NCBI GenBank assembly: GCA_944391825.1
Contig: CALXUZ010000002.1
Span: forward strand, 1-47,318
Reading direction: 5' to 3'
Origin: an uncultured Clostridia bacterium
GTDB taxonomy: Bacteria; Bacillota; Clostridia; TANB77; CAG-508
DNA: 47,318 nt
Under the pieces are notes generated by a model. It made no database searches. It had not been told where the DNA came from and saw only the letters and a list, made by a program, of their open reading frames with translations. A program made the translations under genes and the position numbers. Positions 18,561 to 27,665 of the stretch are shown in pieces (the stretch's first letter is position 1; each line of letters opens with the position of its first letter).

Positions 18561-20501
18561 ATGAAAAATAAATATATGAACGATGCCATTATAGGTGGCG
18601 GAAATATAACAGCAAGCTATACAGAAAAAGGAGAACTATTAAGGGTAATGTATCCAGCACCAGATTTTAGAAATTGGATAGACGAATTTCTAACAGGTGT
18701 AAAAATAAACGATTCTGGAATTGTTTACTTGCATGATGATATTAATAATCAATATAATCAGTATTATACAGAAAATACAAATGTATTACACACAGAAATT
18801 TTAAATACATATTTTAAATTAAGTGTAAAACAAACTGATTTTGCTATGTTAAATAAAAGTGTATTGATAAAAAAATATGAATTTGAAAACAAAAATAATA
18901 TTGAACTAGAAGTGAATTTTTTAGTACATGCAAAACTATTATCGGATACAAATAATATGGTTGGTTCAGAAATAAAAGAAAATGCTTTGGTACAATATTC
19001 ACATGATTATACCATGTATACATTTTCTAAAAATCCACTACTTAGTTATCAACTAAACGATACTAGTTCAAATATTGTAAGTGGTGTAATCCAAGATAAG
19101 GACTATATTGGTATGTCTAGTGATTCTAGTGTTAGTTATGATATTGGAACATTAAAACCAGGAGAAAAAAAGAAATTTGTACTATTTTTATATTTCAAAA
19201 TAAACGAAGAAAATCAGTCAGAAGTTGCAATAAAAAAAGAATTAGCAGACATTAGAAAATTAGACGAAAACAAAGAAGAACAATCAGTTGAAAAATATTG
19301 GAAAAAATATGTAAAAGACCATATAAACATAGAATTAAAGCCAGAAACAAGCGAATATAATAAAAAATTTAATAAAATATACCAAAGATCAATACTTCTA
19401 TTTCCATTATTAATAAATCATCAAACAGGAGGAATATCTGCAGCAGTAGAAGTGGATGAAAATATAAAAGAGTGTGGAAGATATAGTTATTGCTGGCCAA
19501 GAGATGCGGTTTTTGTAACAAGAGCACTTGACCAAGTAAAAATGATAAAAGAAGCAGAAAAATTTTATAAAGTCTTTTGCAAAAACACACAAAGCAAAAA
19601 TGGTATGTGGGAGCAAAGATTTTTTACAGATTGCAAATTAGCACCTTGTTGGGGATACCAAATAGACGAAACAGCAAGTGTAATATATGGATTATATGAA
19701 CATTATAAAGTAGTAAAAGATGCAAAATTCCTAAAAGACACCTATAAAATGTGTGAAAACGCAACTAAATTTTTAATAAACTATTTAGATAACATTTTTG
19801 GTACAAAAGACAAATCAGATATAGTAAAAAATGAAATAGAAAAAACATATCACACAGAGGATAGAAATAAATTACCAGTAAGCTATGACTTATGGGAAGA
19901 AAATGAAGGTATCCACTTATATTCTTTAGCTTCAATATATGGGGCATTTCAGTCAATGAAAAAAATCCATGAAGTATTAAAACCTGAATTTGAGCCAAAT
20001 AATAGGCTAAAAGTTGAAGCAATAAACAAACTAGAAGCAAAAGTAATTTTATACCAAGAAGAAATAAAAAAATACATTTTAGCAAACTTATATGATACAG
20101 AAACAAAAGCATTTTTGAGAAACAAAACTGATAAAAAAACAGACATTAGCCAATTGGGAATAGTGGTACCATTTGAAATATTTTCACCAAAAGAAAAGAA
20201 AGTGCTAAACACTGTAGAAAAAATAAACATGACAATAAGAACATATACGGGTGGATATTTAAGGTTCGAGCAAGACCATTATATGGGTGGAAACAGTCCA
20301 TGGCCAGTTGCAACATTATGGATGGGCATGTATTACCAAAAGGCGGGAGAAAAAAACAAGGCAAAAGAATGCCTCAAATTTGTTGTAAACACTGCAAACA
20401 AACACGGCTTTTTAGGAGAGCAAGTAGACAATAGCACAATGAGCCCAAACTGGGTAAACGGCCTAGCCTGGTCCCACGCCATGTTCATTTGTCTTAATTA
20501 G
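18561..20501 (+). CDS. glycoside hydrolase family 15 (glucoamylase/glucodextranase-like)
   Basis: CWPRDAVFV, WEENEGIHLYSLA, GYLRFEQDHY, LAWSHAMF (alpha/alpha)6-barrel motifs. Confidence 0.8.
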   Translation: MKNKYMNDAIIGGGNITASYTEKGELLRVMYPAPDFRNWIDEFLTGVKINDSGIVYLHDDINNQYNQYYTENTNVLHTEILNTYFKLSVKQTDFAMLNKSVLIKKYEFENKNNIELEVNFLVHAKLLSDTNNMVGSEIKENALVQYSHDYTMYTFSKNPLLSYQLNDTSSNIVSGVIQDKDYIGMSSDSSVSYDIGTLKPGEKKKFVLFLYFKINEENQSEVAIKKELADIRKLDENKEEQSVEKYWKKYVKDHINIELKPETSEYNKKFNKIYQRSILLFPLLINHQTGGISAAVEVDENIKECGRYSYCWPRDAVFVTRALDQVKMIKEAEKFYKVFCKNTQSKNGMWEQRFFTDCKLAPCWGYQIDETASVIYGLYEHYKVVKDAKFLKDTYKMCENATKFLINYLDNIFGTKDKSDIVKNEIEKTYHTEDRNKLPVSYDLWEENEGIHLYSLASIYGAFQSMKKIHEVLKPEFEPNNRLKVEAINKLEAKVILYQEEIKKYILANLYDTETKAFLRNKTDKKTDISQLGIVVPFEIFSPKEKKVLNTVEKINMTIRTYTGGYLRFEQDHYMGGNSPWPVATLWMGMYYQKAGEKNKAKECLKFVVNTANKHGFLGEQVDNSTMSPNWVNGLAWSHAMFICLN

Positions 20502-20541
20502 GGACAGTCCCCAATCTACCATTTTTGTCTTCGTTGGGGAC
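20501..20541 (-). repeat. REP-A copy 1 (inverted orientation), left flank of the RAYT gene
   Basis: Reverse complement reads GTCCCCAACGAAGACAAAAATGGTAGATTGGGGACTGTCCC; the GH15 stop TAG (20499-20501) abuts it. Confidence 0.85.
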
Positions 20542-20562
20542 AGCCTATTAATAATTTATTAG

Positions 20563-20603
20563 AAAATTTTGGAAAAAATATAGCATATTAGATAAAAATA
20601 TGC
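20563..20603 (+). terminator. rho-independent terminator after GH15
   Basis: AATATAGCATA / TATGCTATATT stem with a T-rich tail. Confidence 0.6.
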
Positions 20604-20723
20604 TATATTTTATATAGTTTAATTAGTCATGTCGATTATTATTTCGCTGGCTAATGCATAGGGGCATATTATTTAGTAAAAAGATTATGATAAGGGAAAT
20701 TGAGAAAGGAGAATAGGAATAGT

Positions 20724-21503
20724 ATGCCACGAATATCTAGAAGGAATAGCATTAACAATAGCAGAATTTATCATATTATTTTGAAAGGAGTAAATGGACA
20801 GGAAATATTTTTTGACGATAATGATAGAATTAAATTTTTGCAACAATTAAAAGATAGAAAAAAAGAATATCAGTATGAAATTTATGCATATGTTTTAATG
20901 AATAATCATATACACTTAATTTTATTTGATAAAGAAAATAGAATGTCTAATATAATGCACAGAATCTGTACATCATACGCACTATATTTTAATCGAAAAT
21001 ATGAAAGAAAAGGACATTTATTTCAAGATAGGTTCAAAAGTAAATGTGTAAATTCTGAAAATTATTTATTGAGATTACAGAGATATATTCATAGAAATCC
21101 TCAAAAAGAAGCAATTGGCAAAATGGAAGAATATAGGTGGAGTAGTTATAAAGAGTATGTATCTGGTGCTCAAATTGCTAATCCTAGTTTCGTTTTGAGT
21201 CTTTTTTCCGAAAATAAATCTAGGGCTGTTGAAATGTTTATTCAATATAACAAACAAAATGAAGAAAAGTATGGAATAGAAGAATTTGAGATTAGAAAAA
21301 AACTAACAGATGAAGAAGCAATAGATAGGATTAAAATGTTGTTAAATACAGAAAATGTATTGTCGATATTGAATTTAAATGCTAAAACAAGAAACAAATA
21401 TATAAAAATAATAGCTGAAGTAGACGGTATATCTTATAAACAAATAGCTAGAATATTGGGTATCAATACAAGAACAATACAAAGAGCAGTAACTGGTAAA
21501 TAA
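20724..21503 (+). CDS. REP-associated tyrosine transposase (RAYT, IS200-like Y1/HUH) with C-terminal HTH tail
   Basis: YHIILKGVNGQEIF, HUH = NNHIHLIL, GHLFQDRFKS, catalytic-Tyr helix LQRYIHRNPQKEAI; C-end GISYKQIARILGINTRTIQRAV; ATG 20724 follows AAAGGAGA. Confidence 0.8.
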   Translation: MPRISRRNSINNSRIYHIILKGVNGQEIFFDDNDRIKFLQQLKDRKKEYQYEIYAYVLMNNHIHLILFDKENRMSNIMHRICTSYALYFNRKYERKGHLFQDRFKSKCVNSENYLLRLQRYIHRNPQKEAIGKMEEYRWSSYKEYVSGAQIANPSFVLSLFSENKSRAVEMFIQYNKQNEEKYGIEEFEIRKKLTDEEAIDRIKMLLNTENVLSILNLNAKTRNKYIKIIAEVDGISYKQIARILGINTRTIQRAVTGK

Positions 21504-21520
21504 TATTAAAAAAGAAGTGT

Positions 21521-21562
21521 GTCCCTAAAGAAGACAAAAGTGGCACATTGGGGACTGTCCCC
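21521..21562 (+). repeat. REP-A copy 2
   Basis: GTCCCTAAAGAAGACAAAAGTGGCACATTGGGGACTGTCCCC; a partial second unit continues into the radA SD/ATG. Confidence 0.85.
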
Positions 21563-21574
21563 AAAGGAGACAAA

Positions 21575-22930
21575 ATGGCGAAGACGGTGTTTGTATGTAG
21601 TAATTGTGGTTATGAGTCTAGTAAGTGGCTGGGTAAGTGCCCGGGGTGTAATGAGTGGAATTCTTTTTATGAGGAAAAGCTAAATAAGGCAACGGTTAAG
21701 GGAGGAGATAAAAAGAGCAAAGCGGTTAGCCCAAAAGCTTTAAATGAGGTTGTGGGAAAGGATGCCAGCCGTACTCATACAGGAATAGGAGAATTGGATA
21801 GGGTTTTAGGTGGAGGCTTGGTAAAGGGCTCTTTGGTTTTAGTTGGTGGAGAGCCTGGCATTGGAAAGTCTACGCTTATTTTGCAACTTTGTGATAAGGT
21901 TCAAGGAGAAGGCAAGGTTTTATATGTTTCTGGAGAAGAATCTGCAGAGCAAATTAAGCTAAGGGCTGATAGATTGGGAATTCATAATGATGATATTTTG
22001 TTTTTAGGCGAAACAGATATTGAGATGATTGAAAATAATATCTTGGAAATAAATCCAAAGTTGGTTATTATAGATTCAATACAAACTATGTATTCAGAAG
22101 ATATTTCGTCTGCTGCAGGAACTGTGAGCCAAGTGCGTGAGATTACAGCTCGTGTTATGCGTGTTTGCAAAAGCAATGAAATTACCACTATTATAATAGG
22201 ACATGTTACTAAAGAAGGAAATATAGCAGGTCCAAGGGTATTAGAACATATGGTAGATACCGTGCTTTACCTAGAAGGCGAAAGGTACTTTTCGTATAGA
22301 ATTTTGCGTAGTGTTAAAAATCGTTTTGGTTCTACTAATGAAATAGGCATGTTTGAAATGAAAAATGAAGGCATGGTGGAAATTACAAATCCTTCTTCTG
22401 TATTAATATCAGAAAGAGAGGATAATCCACCAGGATCTGTTATTGTAGCGAGTATGGAAGGAACAAGACCGCTTCTTGTTGAATTGCAAGCATTAACAAC
22501 TCCAACAGTATTCGGATTTCCAAGAAGAACTGCAAATGGAATTGATTATAATAGGCTTACAATTTTAGTGGCAGTGTTGGAAAAACGAGCAGGTTTGCAA
22601 CTAGGATCACAGGATATATACTTAAATGTTGTAAGTGGAATAAAAATTAATGAGCCTGCAGTGGATTTAGGTATGGTTATAGTTTGTGCATCAAGCTTTA
22701 AAAACACAAGTATAGATAAAAGAACGGTTATAATAGGCGAAGTTGGCTTGACAGGAGAGGTAAGAGCGGTTAATATGATAGATAAAAGATTAAAAGAAGC
22801 GGAAAAATTGGGCTTTAAGACTTGCGTTATACCAGAAAGTAACAAAAAACTATTGAAAGATAAGTATAATTTAGATATAATAGGTGTCAGAAATGTAAAT
22901 GATGCGATGAGGGCAGTGGAGCTAAAATAG
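21575..22930 (+). CDS. radA: DNA repair protein RadA/Sms
   Basis: Zn finger CSNCGYESSKWLGKCPGCNEW, Walker A GEPGIGKST, KNRFG, Lon-like C-domain; the true start is ATG 21575 (MAKTVFVC), not 21548. Confidence 0.95.
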   Translation: MAKTVFVCSNCGYESSKWLGKCPGCNEWNSFYEEKLNKATVKGGDKKSKAVSPKALNEVVGKDASRTHTGIGELDRVLGGGLVKGSLVLVGGEPGIGKSTLILQLCDKVQGEGKVLYVSGEESAEQIKLRADRLGIHNDDILFLGETDIEMIENNILEINPKLVIIDSIQTMYSEDISSAAGTVSQVREITARVMRVCKSNEITTIIIGHVTKEGNIAGPRVLEHMVDTVLYLEGERYFSYRILRSVKNRFGSTNEIGMFEMKNEGMVEITNPSSVLISEREDNPPGSVIVASMEGTRPLLVELQALTTPTVFGFPRRTANGIDYNRLTILVAVLEKRAGLQLGSQDIYLNVVSGIKINEPAVDLGMVIVCASSFKNTSIDKRTVIIGEVGLTGEVRAVNMIDKRLKEAEKLGFKTCVIPESNKKLLKDKYNLDIIGVRNVNDAMRAVELK

Positions 22931-22939
22931 TTATAACCT

Positions 22940-22981
22940 GTCCCGGATGAAGACAAAAGTGGTAGATTGGGGACTGTCCCC
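22940..22981 (+). repeat. REP-A copy 3
   Basis: GTCCCGGATGAAGACAAAAGTGGTAGATTGGGGACTGTCCCC, followed by the partial unit AAGAAGACAAAAAGGAGG containing the disA SD. Confidence 0.85.
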
Positions 22982-23004
22982 AAGAAGACAAAAAGGAGGA
23001 TGAC

Positions 23005-24063
23005 ATGGATATTGCTGAAGTATTAAAGATGATTGCACCAGGTACGCAAATTCGTGATGGCTTGGAAAATATTTTAAAAGCTAAAACAGGTGCATTAATA
23101 GTCATTGGTGATACAAAAGAAGTTTTAGATTTGGTTGATGGTGGATTTAAATTAGATATTGATTATACTTCTTCAAGGCTTTATGAGCTTGCTAAAATGG
23201 ATGGAGCAATTGTCCTTAGCAATGATTTGAAGAAAATTTTATATGCAAATACACAGCTAATTCCTTCATCAAATATAACTACAACTGAAACAGGTACAAG
23301 ACATCGTACGGCTGAGCGTACGGCTAAGCAAACTGGAGCCTTAGTAATAAGTATTTCTCAAAGAAGAAGCATTATTACTATATTTAAAGGCAATTACAGA
23401 TATGTTTTAGAAGATACTTCAAAGGTGATTTCAAAAGCAAACCAAGCTTTACAAACTGTTGAAAAATATAAGAAGGTTTTTGATGATAAATTAAGCTTAC
23501 TTAATGAATATGAATTTAATGACATTGTAACATTGGAAAATGTAATTAGTAGTATTCAACGCGCGGAGATGGTAGTGAAGGTAGTTGATGAGGTGCAGAT
23601 GGCAATTTATGAATTGGGTGCAGAAGGTAGACTTTTGGAGATGCAGTTAGAAGAATTAGTAGGTGATTTGGAAAAAGAGGAATTATTAATTATTAAAGAT
23701 TATATTGCACCTGGCAAAAAGCGCACTGCAGAAAAGGTATTAGAAGAAATTAGAAAATTAGACCATGATGATTTATTAGTTGCAGAAAAAATTGCTAAAA
23801 GCTTAGGCTATGAAGATTTTGACAATTATGATGAGGTCGGAGTTTACACAAGAGGATACCGTGTACTTAATAAAATACCAAGGATGCCAAGCAATATAGT
23901 TGAAAATCTGATTAAAAGTTTTAAATCTTTTCAACATATTTTGGCAGCTGATTTACCACAGCTGGATGAAGTTGATGGAATTGGAGAAATTAGAGCAAGA
24001 ACTATAAAACAGTCATTAAAACGTATGCAAGAACAATTTATGTTTGACAATTTAATTATGTAA
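23005..24063 (+). CDS. disA: DNA integrity scanning protein DisA (diadenylate cyclase)
   Basis: DAC domain (GALIVIGD, DGAIVL, GTRHRTAER) plus a C-terminal HhH domain. Confidence 0.9.
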   Translation: MDIAEVLKMIAPGTQIRDGLENILKAKTGALIVIGDTKEVLDLVDGGFKLDIDYTSSRLYELAKMDGAIVLSNDLKKILYANTQLIPSSNITTTETGTRHRTAERTAKQTGALVISISQRRSIITIFKGNYRYVLEDTSKVISKANQALQTVEKYKKVFDDKLSLLNEYEFNDIVTLENVISSIQRAEMVVKVVDEVQMAIYELGAEGRLLEMQLEELVGDLEKEELLIIKDYIAPGKKRTAEKVLEEIRKLDHDDLLVAEKIAKSLGYEDFDNYDEVGVYTRGYRVLNKIPRMPSNIVENLIKSFKSFQHILAADLPQLDEVDGIGEIRARTIKQSLKRMQEQFMFDNLIM

Positions 24064-24106
24064 TATGTTATATTAGTAAAATTAAAAGATAGAAAGTCGG
24101 AGAACC

Positions 24107-24120
24107 GTCCCTAAAGGAGG
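24107..24120 (+). repeat. REP-A unit fragment GTCCCTAAAGGAGG supplying the SD of the next gene
   Basis: Matches the start of the REP-A unit; ATG lies at 24126. Confidence 0.5.
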
Positions 24121-24125
24121 AAAAA

Positions 24126-24929
24126 ATGATTAAAAGGATATTATTAGTTTTAGGAATTATTTTAGTATTAGTAGGAATAGGTTTTGTGAGCTATGGATTT
24201 TATAAAAAGTTAACAACTGATATTCCAAACCCAGTAGCTACAATGGAAGTGGAAGATTATGGAACAGTTAAAATAGAATTGTATCCAGATAAAGCACCAA
24301 ATACAGTAGCAAACTTTATTAGGCTTGCAAATCGTGGATTTTATAATGGGCTTACTTTTCATAGAACAATACCAGATTTTATGATACAGGGTGGAGATAA
24401 GGCTGGAAATGGCTCGGGCTCACCAAGTTTAAGCGATATTGAGGATAATGTAACAGAAGATGAGGAATATAATATTCCTGGTGAATTTATTGCAAATGGA
24501 TATACAGAAAATAATTTAAAACATACTAAAGGTGTTATATCTATGGCAAGAACTGATTATAGTTCAATTAGCAGTATTGCAAGCTATGGATATAATTCTG
24601 CTGGTTCGCAATTCTTTATAATGACAGAGGATAATAGTTCTTTAGATGGACTTTATGCAGCATTTGGTAAAGTAATAGAAGGTATGGATGTTGTGGAAAA
24701 AATTGCCGATGTAGATGTATATTATAGGGATGGAGACCTAGAAGAAGATGAGGAAGTTCCAACAGATGAAGATGGAAACCAAATCGCATCAGATACTCCA
24801 AAAGAAGCTCCAGTTATTCAAAGCATAACAGTAGAAACTTATGGAGTAGATTATGGAATTCCAGAAACTGTAGAAGTATTTGATTATTATAATTGGCTAA
24901 TGCAAAATTATGGGTTAACATTACAATAA
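24126..24929 (+). CDS. membrane-anchored cyclophilin-type peptidyl-prolyl isomerase
   Basis: N-terminal TM helix and FHRTIPDFMIQGGD cyclophilin signature. Confidence 0.85.
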   Translation: MIKRILLVLGIILVLVGIGFVSYGFYKKLTTDIPNPVATMEVEDYGTVKIELYPDKAPNTVANFIRLANRGFYNGLTFHRTIPDFMIQGGDKAGNGSGSPSLSDIEDNVTEDEEYNIPGEFIANGYTENNLKHTKGVISMARTDYSSISSIASYGYNSAGSQFFIMTEDNSSLDGLYAAFGKVIEGMDVVEKIADVDVYYRDGDLEEDEEVPTDEDGNQIASDTPKEAPVIQSITVETYGVDYGIPETVEVFDYYNWLMQNYGLTLQ

Positions 24930-25007
24930 GATATAAGAAAGACATTTCATTTTGAGAATATGTAAGACTTAAGGAAACTTGAACTTGCCAATATTAAAAA
25001 TTACAAT

Positions 25008-25036
25008 AAAATAGCCAAAATAATTTTGGCTATTTT
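25008..25036. terminator. bidirectional terminator between convergent genes
   Basis: AAAATAGCCAAAATAATTTTGGCTATTTT. Confidence 0.7.
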
Positions 25037-27381
25037 ATTTCTACAATTGTAACTCCCATTTCGCCTTCTCCATATGTACCCGATCTAAAAGATTCAACAT
25101 GAGGGTTTTTCTTTAAATATTTATGAATTCCCTCACGTAATTTCCCAGTACCTTTACCATGCACAATTCTAACAGGTGAAATTCCGCTCATATAGCAATT
25201 ATCCAAATATTTATCAATTACATAAATCGCTTCATCAACATTTTGACCAATAACATTAATTTCTGGAGAGATAAATTTTGTCTTGGAATTTTGCACAGTA
25301 GTAACTTTTCCAGAATTGAAATTCTTATTAGTTCTTTCATTATCAATTAAGCTAAGTTCAGATAATTTTAAATTCATTTTTGCCAAGCCTACCTGCACTA
25401 AGACTTCGCCATCTTTGTTTGAAGTTTTACTTAAAACTATTCCTTCAGTTTGCATAATTGGAACCCAAACTTTTAATCCTTCATGAATATCCTTAAAAGT
25501 AACTTCATTAAAATTTTCAATTCCGTTTCCTGATTTTACCACATTTCCCATTCTTTTTACTTTTTCATTTAATTCATTTCTTAACTGATTAGCATGCTTT
25601 GTATTTAAGTTTTCATCACTTAACTGCCTTATAATCTCGGTTGCTTCTTCTTTGGCAGAAAGTAAAATATCCCTTGCCTCAATTTTAGCATCTTCAATTA
25701 TTTTCTGATGTTTTTGAATTAAGGCAGATTGGTCCTGTTCTAGCGATTTTCTAAGTAATTCTATTTGATTTAAATTCTTTTCAGTCTCAATTTTCTGCTT
25801 TTCAATAGCCAATTTATCATCATAAATATTTTTAAGCAATTCTTCGATAGAAACATGGTCATCTTCTACAAAAGAGCTAGCTTTTTCTATAATGCTCTCA
25901 GGCAAGCCTAAGCGTTTGCTAATTTCAAAAGCATTACTTTTTCCAGGAATACCAATTAATAAATGATATGTAGGTTTTAAATTTTCAACATCAAACTCAA
26001 AGCTAGCATTTTCAAAACCATCTGTAACTAATGCAAACTCTTTTAATTCTTGATAATGTGTGGTGCAAATAGTTAAAGCACCAATTTGATAAAAATACTC
26101 TAAAATAGCCCTTGCAAGACTAGCACCTTCAATAGGGTCAGTTCCTGAGCCTAATTCATCAAGCAAAATTAAAGAATTACTAGTTAGATTATTTGTGATT
26201 TTTACAATATTCAAAATATGTGAAGAAAATGTGCTTAAAGATTCCTGAATATTTTGTTCATCACCAATATCTACAAAAATTTTATCAAAAACACAAATGC
26301 TACTTTCCTCATGGCAGGGAATAAGAATTCCCGAATATGCCATTAAAAGCAAAAGCCCAACAGTTTTTAATGCAACAGTTTTTCCACCGGTATTTGGACC
26401 AGTGATAATTAAAGAGGAATAATCAACCCCTAAAGCAATATCAATAGGAACAACAACTGACTTGTCTATTAATGGGTGCTTAGCTTTTTTTAGAGAAATA
26501 TTTTTTTTACTATTTAAAATTGGCATAACACCATTAATATTCTTAGAATATTCGGCTTTTGCAAATATTAAATCCAAAATACCAATAGTGTTTATATTAC
26601 TTTTTAAAAATTCAATAACTCCATAGAATTTAGAAGTAAGAATTTGCAAAATTTTCTCAATTTCAAGTTCTTCTTCCATTTTTACACTAGCAATTTGGTT
26701 ATTTGCCTCAAAAACACTAGTAGGTTCAATATATACAGTTGAGCCACTTGCTGAAATATCATGAACAAAACCTTGTATCATGCCTCTATATTCTTGTTTT
26801 ACAGGTATAACATATCTATTATTGCGAATAGTAATAACAGGCTCCATCAAGTATTTAGAATATGTACTGGAGTGCAAAAAAGAAGATAGCTTATCTTTAA
26901 CATTTTGCTCCAAAGTTCTGCACTTTCTTCGTAATCCAGCAAGTTTAGGTGAAGCATTATCACTAATAGTATTTTCATCTAAGATTTTCTCAAAAATTTC
27001 TTTCTCTATTAAATTATTGGAATATAAAGAAGAAAAATAGCCTTGCAATTCTGCAAAATCTTCATCTTTATAATATTCTTTTAATTCCCTTGCAACTTTT
27101 AACAATTTAGCTAAATCTAGCAAGGCTTTTGCAGACAAAATTTGGTTACTTTCCAAAGTTTTTATATAAATATCCAATGGTTCAAGTGCATCTAAAGGTG
27201 GACTGCCATTTTTGTAAATAGCAGTAACTGCTTCCATTGTTTCTTTAAGTAAATTATCCACTTTGTTAAAACTAAAACTTGGTTTTAAATTATTGCAAAA
27301 GTTTTTTCCCATATATGTCTTACAATATTTTTGTATTATTTGTATAATTTCATTGTATTCTAACTTAGTATAAACATCCAT
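25030..27381 (-). CDS. mutS2: endonuclease MutS2 (MutS-family ATPase with Smr domain)
   Basis: Walker A GPNTGGKT, DELGSGTDP, C-terminal Smr (VRIVHGKGTGKLR). Confidence 0.95.
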   Translation of the reverse strand: MDVYTKLEYNEIIQIIQKYCKTYMGKNFCNNLKPSFSFNKVDNLLKETMEAVTAIYKNGSPPLDALEPLDIYIKTLESNQILSAKALLDLAKLLKVARELKEYYKDEDFAELQGYFSSLYSNNLIEKEIFEKILDENTISDNASPKLAGLRRKCRTLEQNVKDKLSSFLHSSTYSKYLMEPVITIRNNRYVIPVKQEYRGMIQGFVHDISASGSTVYIEPTSVFEANNQIASVKMEEELEIEKILQILTSKFYGVIEFLKSNINTIGILDLIFAKAEYSKNINGVMPILNSKKNISLKKAKHPLIDKSVVVPIDIALGVDYSSLIITGPNTGGKTVALKTVGLLLLMAYSGILIPCHEESSICVFDKIFVDIGDEQNIQESLSTFSSHILNIVKITNNLTSNSLILLDELGSGTDPIEGASLARAILEYFYQIGALTICTTHYQELKEFALVTDGFENASFEFDVENLKPTYHLLIGIPGKSNAFEISKRLGLPESIIEKASSFVEDDHVSIEELLKNIYDDKLAIEKQKIETEKNLNQIELLRKSLEQDQSALIQKHQKIIEDAKIEARDILLSAKEEATEIIRQLSDENLNTKHANQLRNELNEKVKRMGNVVKSGNGIENFNEVTFKDIHEGLKVWVPIMQTEGIVLSKTSNKDGEVLVQVGLAKMNLKLSELSLIDNERTNKNFNSGKVTTVQNSKTKFISPEINVIGQNVDEAIYVIDKYLDNCYMSGISPVRIVHGKGTGKLREGIHKYLKKNPHVESFRSGTYGEGEMGVTIVEIK

Positions 27382-27455
27382 AATATATTCCTTTCGATAA
27401 TATTATGCCATAAAACTGTAAAGAATACAAGATATAATATAGGAGGTAGAAAATT

Positions 27456-27587
27456 ATGAATGAAACAATAAAAAGTTTAATACAAAGAAGAAGTATTTTA
27501 TGGAGCACCTACAGTATAGCTTATCCAGAAGAACAATTACCTGAACCAAAAGAAAGAAAAAAAGACTATGTAATATTTGCAAAATAA
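27456..27587 (+). pseudogene. 43-codon remnant resembling the N-terminus of a nitroreductase-family gene
   Basis: MNETIKSLIQRRSI... is the typical nitroreductase start; strong SD AGGAGG; the ORF stops far too early. Confidence 0.35.
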
Positions 27588-27604
27588 AAATAAATAAAAT
27601 AATC

Positions 27605-27626
27605 GTAGGGGCGACCAGTGGTCGCC
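27605..27626 (+). repeat. REP-like GC hairpin GTAGGGGCGACCAGTGGTCGCC
   Basis: TAGGGGCGAC resembles the REP-B/REP-C half-site TAGGG(T/C)GAC; it forms a GC island in AT-rich spacer. Confidence 0.4.
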
Positions 27627-27665
27627 AGAAAAATCAAAATAAAAAGCAAATTTTAGAAAAAAGTA

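Larger units (their letters stand above)
20471..21562 (+). mobile_element. REPtron-like unit: RAYT gene bracketed by inverted REP-A copies
   Basis: REP-A in minus orientation at 20501-20541 and plus orientation at 21521-21562; no tnpB and no IS ends. Confidence 0.7.

Noticed and set aside
21548-21574. ORF-track N-terminal extensions MGTVPKGDK (radA), MSLMKTKVVDWGLSLKETK (rimP, 30388) and MGPVPNQERKCII (clpC, 41807)
   Set aside because: They are translations of REP elements. Canonical protein N-termini with proper SD spacing begin at 21575, 30445 and 41846.
22546-22983. 145-aa minus-strand ORF overlapping the radA 3' end and starting inside REP-A
   Set aside because: It is antisense to a conserved gene, and its N-terminus (MGTVPNLP) is simply the translated repeat.
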